Positions 7,841-14,873 of a stretch of 55,150 nucleotides of DNA are shown here, piece after piece. The stretch is from positions 1 to 55,150 of the forward strand of contig CANQRS010000001.1 in the NCBI GenBank assembly GCA_947626295.1, given 5' to 3'. Position numbers and translations under genes: made by a program. How positions within the stretch are numbered: the first letter of the stretch is position 1; each line of letters begins with the position of its first letter. This DNA comes from an uncultured Clostridia bacterium. GTDB taxonomy: Bacteria; Bacillota; Clostridia; TANB77; CAG-508. The notes below the pieces were generated by a model, which saw only the letters and a list, made by a program, of their open reading frames with translations, made no database searches and was not told the DNA's origin.

Positions 7841-8548
7841 TTATTTTTGCATTTCTTTTTTTCTCCGCTCTATATTATTTATACTTACTCTATTTACTCT
7901 ACTATTATCTACTTGTTCTATATTTTCTATATTTATTCTATCTCCTTTAGTAACCGTAGAGTTAGTATATTTATTATTAATATTAGAAGAATTAGTATTA
8001 TTAAATAATATATTTTCTTTTTTGGTTCTTTTTTCTTTTTGCATTTCTGCCGTTACACTTGCTGTTACATCTGCCGTAACACTAGGCACATTTTTCAAAG
8101 CCGCAACGTCTACAGTAGAGCCACTTTGAACACTGTTTTCTGCCGTAACACCTACAGTAACAACAGCTACATTTTTTTGTGTTTTTTTAACTGCTTTTTC
8201 ATCTGCCGTTACACTTGCCTTTACACCTGCCGTAACAGTTGTCATAATATCTATATTGCTCACAGTTTCAAGCTCTAAAATTTCATATATACCAATATGC
8301 CTTTGATTTTTTCCCTTTGTGTATCGTATTAATTTTCTTTGTATTAAATTGTTCCTTGCTCTGTTTAATTGACTTACGCTCAAATTTGTAAATGACATTA
8401 ATATGGAATTAGCTACACTAAATGCTTTTGTCCCATTGCATCTATAGTTTATATACAATAATGTTAAATATAAACATTGAGAATGAGGATTTAAAGGATT
8501 TATCAGTAGTAAATCGAAAAATGTATTTAACTGTTTGACAAAGTTCAT
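7841..8548 (-). CDS. N-terminal part of phage replisome organizer (DnaD/winged-helix-like) with VTA-repeat linker
   Basis: N-terminal LYLTLLYINYRCNG...LSVSQLNRARNNLIQRKLIRY; central VTAGV/VTADE/VTAEN repeats encoded by iterons; stops 4 codons after an A7 run. Confidence 0.6.
   Translation of the reverse strand: MNFVKQLNTFFDLLLINPLNPHSQCLYLTLLYINYRCNGTKAFSVANSILMSFTNLSVSQLNRARNNLIQRKLIRYTKGKNQRHIGIYEILELETVSNIDIMTTVTAGVKASVTADEKAVKKTQKNVAVVTVGVTAENSVQSGSTVDVAALKNVPSVTADVTASVTAEMQKEKRTKKENILFNNTNSSNINNKYTNSTVTKGDRINIENIEQVDNSRVNRVSINNIERRKKEMQK
8047..8238. repeat. Five direct 12-bp iterons CTGCCGT(T/A)ACA(C/G) inside the organizer gene; candidate phage origin
   Basis: Copies at 8047, 8071, 8140, 8203, 8227 (spacings 24/69/63/24), plus degenerate copies at 8061 and 8217; flanked by AT-rich tandem TTCTATATT 9-mers at about 7910-7945. 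Confidence 0.6.
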
Positions 8549-8566
8549 TTAATTACTCTCCTCTAA

Positions 8567-8758
8567 TTACGCTATTAGTACATTAATTGGAACATCTAAT
8601 GTTCTTGATAACTTCTTTAGTGTACTCAATCTTGGATTAGCCACACTATTATTTTCTAACAGCTTTATTGTACTTATTGATAATCCACTTTCATAAGCTA
8701 ATACTCCTATTGACTTTCCCTTTTCATTTCTTATTCTTTTCAGATTTTCACATAACAT
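8567..8758 (-). CDS. XRE-family helix-turn-helix regulator (Cro/CI-like, 63 aa)
   Basis: LKRIRNEKGKSIGVLAYESGLSISTIKLLENN HTH pattern. Confidence 0.75.
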   Translation of the reverse strand: MLCENLKRIRNEKGKSIGVLAYESGLSISTIKLLENNSVANPRLSTLKKLSRTLDVPINVLIA

Positions 8759-8785
8759 ATTACCACCTCCTTATTTTCAAGCACG

Positions 8786-8835
8786 AAAAAAAAGCCATAC
8801 ATATATTAACTCTCTAAAATTAACATATGTATGAC
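8786..8835 (-). terminator. Strong intrinsic terminator between the int operon and the XRE gene
   Basis: 16-bp stem (8794-8809 / 8820-8835) followed on the minus strand by T8 (8786-8793). Confidence 0.7.
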
Positions 8836-8895
8836 TTTTATTTAAACAACAACTTTTATTTTGTACAATGTTTTACATCTATATAAAAAGCACTT

Positions 8896-9162
8896 TTAAT
8901 GTGCTCTATCCTCTTTCTTATTTGATTTTCTTTTTATATTTTCTTCTTTTCTAAAATATAAACTATGTTCTTCATAATTATCTAATTGATTTAATATTTT
9001 ATAATACGTATTTGTTATTAAATCTATTTTTCTTTCATCTCCTGCGTCTGTATATTTTCCTTTCCTATCGAATAAAAAGTTTGCACTATAACAATGATAT
9101 TCTAAACTTTTTAAGACTATATCTAGTTGTCCTTCTAATAACTCTATATGATATATTTTCAT
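8896..9162 (-). CDS. Hypothetical protein co-transcribed with integrase
   Basis: Start at MKIYHIELL preceded by GGGAGGTAAGACA; overlaps the integrase stop region. Confidence 0.5.
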   Translation of the reverse strand: MKIYHIELLEGQLDIVLKSLEYHCYSANFLFDRKGKYTDAGDERKIDLITNTYYKILNQLDNYEEHSLYFRKEENIKRKSNKKEDRAH

Positions 9163-9166
9163 TGTC

Positions 9167-10141
9167 TTACCTCCCAATTTTTCTTTTTACTTTATTCTTT
9201 TTCTTTCGAGGATATTGACTTAATGGATTATTTTCTGTTGCCCTCTTTATTTCTTCATTGGATATATGCGTATATCTTTGTGTTGAAATTAATGTTGTGT
9301 GTCCTAGAAATTCTTTTACTACTAATATATCGTTTGTAGTTTGATACATTATTGTTGCTGCTGTATGCCTTAATGAATGTACCGTATATCCACAATCTTC
9401 TAGTCCAATTAGTTTGTATGCTTTTTTACATATTTCTCTTATTCCTCCTGGAGTTATTCTTTCTTTTTTTGCATTTCTGAATAATGCTCCACTATTTCCT
9501 TCATTATTCTTTTTATTCTCAAGTTCTAGGTAATTTAATAATTGTTGTTTACAATATTCACTAAAATATACAGTTCTCTCTCTATTCCCTTTCCCTACAA
9601 TTAATATTGTTTTATCTTTTAAGTTTATATTCTCAATGTTTATTTTACAGATTTCACTTACTCTCATTCCCGACGACAGTAATAACGTTATTATCGCATT
9701 ATTTTTTTCAGGATATTTGCAATTTTCTTTTGTAAATACTGTCTGGAGTTTCTTCGCTTGTTCTACTGATAAATATTTAGGCAATCTATATAACTTTTGA
9801 TTATATAATATTGCTTTTGTTGGATTTTTTTCGTATGTTGGTACTTTATATTCAACCCACTTATATAGTGCTTTTAAAGATGCTAGTTTTCTATTTCTAG
9901 TACAAGCCCCATTACATCGTTTTTTATTTAAGTAAAATAAAAAATCTATTATATCTTTTTCTTTTATTTGCATTAATGAAAATATGGATATTTTGTTAAT
10001 ATCTATTTCCCAATTTTTTTCTTTTATAATAAATTTGAAAAACATAATTATATCAATTTTATATGAATCTATTGTTTGGAACGAAAATCCTTTCATTTTT
10101 AGATAATTTGAAAAATCATTTAATAGTTTTATATTATCCAT
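9167..10141 (-). CDS. Tyrosine recombinase / phage integrase (Xer-like)
   Basis: C-terminal HSLRHTAAT...LGHTTLISTQRYTH catalytic pattern; start at MDNIKLL after AAGGAGGAGTAAT. Confidence 0.85.
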   Translation of the reverse strand: MDNIKLLNDFSNYLKMKGFSFQTIDSYKIDIIMFFKFIIKEKNWEIDINKISIFSLMQIKEKDIIDFLFYLNKKRCNGACTRNRKLASLKALYKWVEYKVPTYEKNPTKAILYNQKLYRLPKYLSVEQAKKLQTVFTKENCKYPEKNNAIITLLLSSGMRVSEICKINIENINLKDKTILIVGKGNRERTVYFSEYCKQQLLNYLELENKKNNEGNSGALFRNAKKERITPGGIREICKKAYKLIGLEDCGYTVHSLRHTAATIMYQTTNDILVVKEFLGHTTLISTQRYTHISNEEIKRATENNPLSQYPRKKKNKVKRKIGR

Positions 10142-10184
10142 ATTACTCCTCCTTTTTTTCAATTATGTAAACATTGCTAACTTC

Positions 10185-10214
10185 ATTATACAACAAGTAA
10201 ACATAATGTGTCAA
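10185..10214 (-). promoter_or_regulatory. Sigma-A-type promoter of the integrase
   Basis: TTGACA (10214-10209) - 18 nt - TATAAT (10190-10185). Confidence 0.55.
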
Positions 10215-10318
10215 ATATTTTTTGGCATATATTGGCTTATTTGTAAATAATTTATCTATAAATATCCTTTTTTGTTGACGAATAGAATGTTTTATATAAA
10301 AGAAGAATTAAACACAAA

Positions 10319-10341
10319 ATAGAGGGAAATTCCCTCTATTT
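10319..10341 (-). terminator. Hairpin terminator after the ParE-like gene
   Basis: Palindrome ATAGAGGGAA/TTCCCTCTAT followed by a T-rich tract on the minus strand. Confidence 0.55.
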
Positions 10342-10362
10342 ATTACCTTAAATCTTTATATT

Positions 10363-10605
10363 TTATAATTTATTTATCCAATCTGAACCGCCGTATAAAA
10401 CTCTTTCAATGTTTACTACTTTTCTATCTTCATTTATTCTATAAAAAGCAATATGATTTTTTATATTTAATTTTCTAATTTTTAAATCTCTTATCGTTTC
10501 ATCATCTATAATTGCAAATTTTTGTGGTAAATATGTTAAAGTTTTAAGTTCTTCTATATCTTCTTTTGCTTTTATAGAAAATTCTATCTTATACTCTTCA
10601 GACAT
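10363..10605 (-). CDS. ParE/RelE-family type II toxin
   Basis: YKIEFSIKAKEDIEEL ... HIAFYRINEDRKVVNIERVLYGGSD pattern; start at MSEEYKI. Confidence 0.6.
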   Translation of the reverse strand: MSEEYKIEFSIKAKEDIEELKTLTYLPQKFAIIDDETIRDLKIRKLNIKNHIAFYRINEDRKVVNIERVLYGGSDWINKL

Positions 10606-10744
10606 TGTTATATCATCCACTTTCACTACATTAGCATTGTTTCAAATTCGTCAAAGACTTCACTAATAGAACATATTTTATATAGATTTAAAAAAAATTC
10701 CAAGGTTGGCTAAGTAATTATAACTTAAACATATCAGTTTTTTA

Positions 10745-11455
10745 TTACTCCTTCCTTTGTCGATACAATATAATAAACTTCCATTCCTTCTCTATTGTCC
10801 GATTAACTCCATCTATACAATTATCATACAACCATTCCTTTATATTACGCATATTGCTACTTTCATAATATTCTACAAGCATACTTTTAAAAGTTCCATC
10901 AAGCTCTACAGGAACAGAGACAATTCCACAACCATTTTCAATAAGGATTTTATTTGCAACAAGCATAGCAACTCTTTTGTTCCCATCTTTAAAGATTTGA
11001 CTTCTCATAATCCAAAGCATAATTGATAATGCTCGGTCAGTTGAATTTTCTATCTTTAACATATCAATAAGCTCTGTATGGAGTTTTTCGGGATTTGGTA
11101 TTTCTGGTCTCCAAGTTGTACCACTAATTAAAACATCATCATATCGAATAACACCAACATATTTATAAGGTAATTCCGTTTTTGTAACAAATTGATGAAG
11201 TTCTTCTAAAAAAGCTAAATCCAATTTTGCATTTATATTGTCAATAATATAATGCCAAGCGTCCCTTAAACAGCAGACTTTTCCTATTTCTGATGGCTTT
11301 ACTCCTTCTACATTAATATCATTGAGAATATCTATAGTTTGAGCAAATGTAACAGCGATTCCCTCCAAATTTGCACTTCTGTAAATAGCATCTACTAACT
11401 TTCTTTTGGCAATAAATATATTTTCTTCTTGACTCATTTTATATTTGTCCTTCAT
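10745..11455 (-). CDS. Fic/Doc-family protein with degenerate active-site motif
   Basis: QIFKDGNKRVAM aligns to HxFx(D/E)GN(G/K)RxxR with His replaced by Gln and the last Arg by Met. Confidence 0.65.
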   Translation of the reverse strand: MKDKYKMSQEENIFIAKRKLVDAIYRSANLEGIAVTFAQTIDILNDINVEGVKPSEIGKVCCLRDAWHYIIDNINAKLDLAFLEELHQFVTKTELPYKYVGVIRYDDVLISGTTWRPEIPNPEKLHTELIDMLKIENSTDRALSIMLWIMRSQIFKDGNKRVAMLVANKILIENGCGIVSVPVELDGTFKSMLVEYYESSNMRNIKEWLYDNCIDGVNRTIEKEWKFIILYRQRKE

Positions 11456-11598
11456 TTTCTCTTACCTTCCTTTTCATTTGTGTAGTCCGTCTACACAATA
11501 TCTACTTGATTATATTTTATCATAATATATATATTTTATCAAGTTGGACTTTCTCGTTTAATTATAAAACTTATGAAAGAAATTTAACAAACAAAAAA

Positions 11599-11627
11599 CA
11601 GACTTCTAAAAATAATTAAAAAGTCTG
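11599..11627. terminator. Bidirectional hairpin terminator
   Basis: CAGACTT...AAGTCTG stem flanked by A-run and T-run. Confidence 0.5.
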
Positions 11628-11748
11628 CTTTTTTATATTTTTTAGAAGAGGTTTAAAATGTTCATTTTACTTAAAAATCATAACTGTAAACTTGCTTTGT
11701 TGATGTTGCGAATTTAACATAGTTTCAGTTTTTAAACACCTTCTTTTT

Positions 11749-12723
11749 TTATGGACGAACACTGCCTGTAACTTCTTTTTCACCTTGTATTTTACCATTT
11801 TGATATTTTACAATACTTAATTGACCTTTTCCTTCCCAAATAGGAATATCAATTAAAATTTCCATATTTCCGTCATTATCTATATCCATACATTCTACAT
11901 TTCCTGCTAAAGATAAACTAGTTACAGTATAATTAGTAAGGTCCTCTTCATTTTTATAATATGGATTTTCAAAATTTACTAAATCTGCTATCTTAGTGTA
12001 CTCTGAATCATATAACATTATCTTTGTTGAAAATTTAGCATCAACATCATAATCTGAAGCAACAACAATGTGCTCCTTTTTTCCGTCTCCGTCTAGGTCA
12101 ATCTCATTTATTTCAACTTTGCCATTTTCTTTATCTAAATCTTTTAATTTTTCTGGAATATTGTAAATCAATTTTGACTCTCTTGGCATAGCGTTATATT
12201 CTTTACTTAGTGCATATTTAGCAACATTCTCTACTTGAGCCACACCATCATATACTAATGTTTCTTCACCGAATTTACCTTTTGATGTACCTGTACTTTT
12301 ACCATTCTCATAATTATAATATGTTATATTATATTTTTCTTCATTCTGTTCATTTATTGCCATATTACCATCAGAGAAGTTATCTATCATATATAGTCCA
12401 GGTTCCTTTTTAACTTCTAATCCATCACATAAAAATATATAATCTTCTGAATTGGAAGAGTTTGAAGAATTTGAAGTTGTTTCTCCAACTGAATTCAAGT
12501 TATTATTTTTTCCTATATCTGAAGGAACTTCTTCATCTTGATAAATTATTTCATTTACATTATCAATTTGATTATCATTATTTCTAAAATAATTATTAAG
12601 TAATAAAAATATTAATATTCCTAATTCTATGCCTATTATAATCTCTATACACGTTCTAAACTTAACCTTTATAGGTTCTTTTTTTACATTTTTATTTTCT
12701 TCACTCATATATTTTTCCTCCAT
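11749..12723 (-). CDS. Membrane-anchored exported protein with FG-GAP/VCBS-like repeats
   Basis: N-terminal TM IIIGIELGILIFLLL; DLDGDGKKEHIV and MDIDNDGNMEILI calcium-binding-type repeats. Confidence 0.5.
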   Translation of the reverse strand: MEEKYMSEENKNVKKEPIKVKFRTCIEIIIGIELGILIFLLLNNYFRNNDNQIDNVNEIIYQDEEVPSDIGKNNNLNSVGETTSNSSNSSNSEDYIFLCDGLEVKKEPGLYMIDNFSDGNMAINEQNEEKYNITYYNYENGKSTGTSKGKFGEETLVYDGVAQVENVAKYALSKEYNAMPRESKLIYNIPEKLKDLDKENGKVEINEIDLDGDGKKEHIVVASDYDVDAKFSTKIMLYDSEYTKIADLVNFENPYYKNEEDLTNYTVTSLSLAGNVECMDIDNDGNMEILIDIPIWEGKGQLSIVKYQNGKIQGEKEVTGSVRP

Positions 12724-12771
12724 TTTTCCATTTGTTTTTTACTAATTTTTCTCTAGTCCAACATATCTTTT

Positions 12772-13323
12772 CTATTTTTTAAATATATTATTTCTAAGGT
12801 CTTTATCGTGGCTTTGAATATTCTTTACAATATCCACCAAATTTTTTTCATCTTCATTGTTAAATAAATAACTTGCAATTATCTTTGGCAATACTATAAA
12901 AGATGCCAAAAATGATAATAAATTTGCTCCAAGAGATACTGCCAAATTTCCTGTTTTTGTATCACTCTTTATTCCAACTATTGTTAATACAACAGTAGTA
13001 ATTGTTATTGATAGCATTATAATACAACATATTGTAAAAAATATACTTTTAAAAGACCTTTTATTTTTTAAACTCTTATTTGCATTATCTACGTAAGCAT
13101 TAAGCAACTCTGTATAATTCTCATTATGATTTTTCATAGAATTCAAAAAATTCTCTCTCATAGATACATCTTCTGTAATATAATCTATATGATTATCTGT
13201 ACAATCTAAAACTTCAGTTTCTGTATCAGTATCTTCTTGAAATTCTGATATTAAATCTTCAATTTCGTTTTTTACTTCTTCTTTATTTTTATTATCAACA
13301 TTTTCCATTATATTACATTCCAA
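12772..13323 (-). CDS. Hypothetical membrane protein (acidic N-domain, 2 TM)
   Basis: ORF track; TM stretches IFFTICCIIMLSITITTVVLTIV and LLSFLASFIVLPKII. Confidence 0.5.
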   Translation of the reverse strand: MECNIMENVDNKNKEEVKNEIEDLISEFQEDTDTETEVLDCTDNHIDYITEDVSMRENFLNSMKNHNENYTELLNAYVDNANKSLKNKRSFKSIFFTICCIIMLSITITTVVLTIVGIKSDTKTGNLAVSLGANLLSFLASFIVLPKIIASYLFNNEDEKNLVDIVKNIQSHDKDLRNNIFKK

Positions 13324-13335
13324 TCCATTTTTACC

Positions 13336-13947
13336 TTATAATAAATCTAATTCTATTATTCTTAAATTAATAGCTTTTCTTGAGACCTCAAAATATCCCA
13401 TTAGTTTTTCAATTCTGTTATCATCACCATTTAGCTTATTATATTTCCTTTTAAATTCTTTAGTAGGCATTAATAAATTGGCAGCAAATTTATTTGCTCT
13501 TTTTTCTGAACTATTATTAACATCAGTTGTTTTATAAGTATTGTAATACTCTCCTCCTCGATAATCGAACAAAAAATGTGCTAATTCGTGAGCAATAGTA
13601 AATCTTTGATGACCTAAATTATCTTTACTATTCACACATATTAATCTATCTTTTTCAAATTTTTCTTGTATTTTATCTCCTATTGCTATATATCCACTAA
13701 ACGTGTCATCTAATTCCTGTTTTCCTATTATAAAATTCATTGCTCTCGCTATTTTTACAATTGGAATCGGATATTCATTTACATTTAAATATGATATTAT
13801 TTTATCAGTAATATCGGAAATATTAGTATTTTCAATAGGAATTTTTTTAATCTCTTTTACTAATTCTCGTTTCATATTCTTCTTTTCCTTTACATAATAT
13901 TTTTCCCACTCTTTTATAATATGATTTAGAGTGTATTTTTGTTGCAT
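13336..13947 (-). CDS. ImmA/IrrE-family zinc metallopeptidase
   Basis: HELAHFLFD (HExxH) and ANKFAANLLMP motifs. Confidence 0.7.
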   Translation of the reverse strand: MQQKYTLNHIIKEWEKYYVKEKKNMKRELVKEIKKIPIENTNISDITDKIISYLNVNEYPIPIVKIARAMNFIIGKQELDDTFSGYIAIGDKIQEKFEKDRLICVNSKDNLGHQRFTIAHELAHFLFDYRGGEYYNTYKTTDVNNSSEKRANKFAANLLMPTKEFKRKYNKLNGDDNRIEKLMGYFEVSRKAINLRIIELDLL

Positions 13948-14005
13948 TTATTATATACTATTTTTGAATTTTTGAAAATAGTTTTACTAAATTTTTTTTA
14001 TTTTT

Positions 14006-14854
14006 TTAATTAAACCTTACATTATCTTTTATTTTGCGATAATATGGTTGTATATCAGTTAAGAAATCTGAAAAATACAAAATCTCATTATTTGAATCAG
14101 TTACTTTTAATCTCGGAAAAGTCTTTAACATTTTTTCATCTCCGAAATATTTATAAATAAATTTCGACTTTTCAGCATCTGAATATACATCATTATAAAT
14201 CTGTTCAATTCTATCTTTATGGCTCACATCAATATTATAATTGACAATAGTTCTAGCCATAAAACAAACAATCGCATAAGCAGTTATAAGAAAATCGATT
14301 AATAAAAGTATCATAATAATTGCCACAATTCTTTTAGCTGATGAAATCTCTAACTTTCCTTTTGCCCAGTCCAGAAATTTATCTACTTTAGGATTTAACG
14401 AGACCATAAGATACAGTGACATAGCTCCCCAAAATATAGCGTAAAGCAGACAAATTCTACCATTCAAATTAAGAGGTAAGTCAGAATAATCCCACCATTT
14501 AACATTAAGAAAAACTTCACCTAGCCAACTAACAACATATTCCAAAATCGAGCCTACAATACAGCCTCCAAAAAATAAAGTATTATAATTCTTTTTAAAA
14601 TATTGTAAAGAAACAATAATAACTATAGCCCCAATACCATAAATTGCACAAAATGGTCCATACAAAAAACTCTGTCTACTTTCCCACACTCCATATATAG
14701 CTATACAAAATATAGTCTCAACAAAATATCCTATTACACTATAAATTATAAAATATGCTAAGATTCTCCATATAGAAAATCCAAAAAAACGAAAACTTTT
14801 AATAATTTGTTCTTCTGTTACTTCTTCTACCTCTTTTTCTTTATCTACTAACAT
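14006..14854 (-). CDS. Polytopic membrane protein (putative ABC-transporter type IV / CmpB-like family)
   Basis: FIIYSVIGYFVETIFC...LYGPFCAIYGIGA pattern. Confidence 0.45.
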   Translation of the reverse strand: MLVDKEKEVEEVTEEQIIKSFRFFGFSIWRILAYFIIYSVIGYFVETIFCIAIYGVWESRQSFLYGPFCAIYGIGAIVIIVSLQYFKKNYNTLFFGGCIVGSILEYVVSWLGEVFLNVKWWDYSDLPLNLNGRICLLYAIFWGAMSLYLMVSLNPKVDKFLDWAKGKLEISSAKRIVAIIMILLLIDFLITAYAIVCFMARTIVNYNIDVSHKDRIEQIYNDVYSDAEKSKFIYKYFGDEKMLKTFPRLKVTDSNNEILYFSDFLTDIQPYYRKIKDNVRFN

Positions 14855-14873
14855 AATTATACTCCCCTATTTA

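Larger units (their letters stand above)
1..10214 (-). mobile_element. Partial integrated siphovirus-like element (prophage or satellite): early, replication/recombination and integration modules; left end outside window
   Basis: Uninterrupted run of small co-directional ORFs with phage families (Gp157, AAA_24-like ATPase, DUF669, G39P-like, replisome organizer, DUF1064, XRE) ending in a tyrosine integrase with its own TTGACA-18-TATAAT promoter. Confidence 0.75.

Noticed and set aside
8039-8278. The repeated CTGCCGTxACA units might be a CRISPR-like array, and the plus-strand ORF 8039-8278 might be real
   Set aside because: The repeats are 12 bp with irregular spacing and lie inside a well-supported minus-strand gene. 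They fit iterons, not CRISPR repeats. The plus-strand ORF is just the antisense reading of the repeats (Cys/Arg-rich junk).
11658-11717. 19-codon hydrophobic ORF MFILLKNHNCKLALLMLRI with a GAGG RBS as a type I toxin
   Set aside because: It has no convincing promoter or antisense RNA partner and is very short. It cannot be distinguished from chance.
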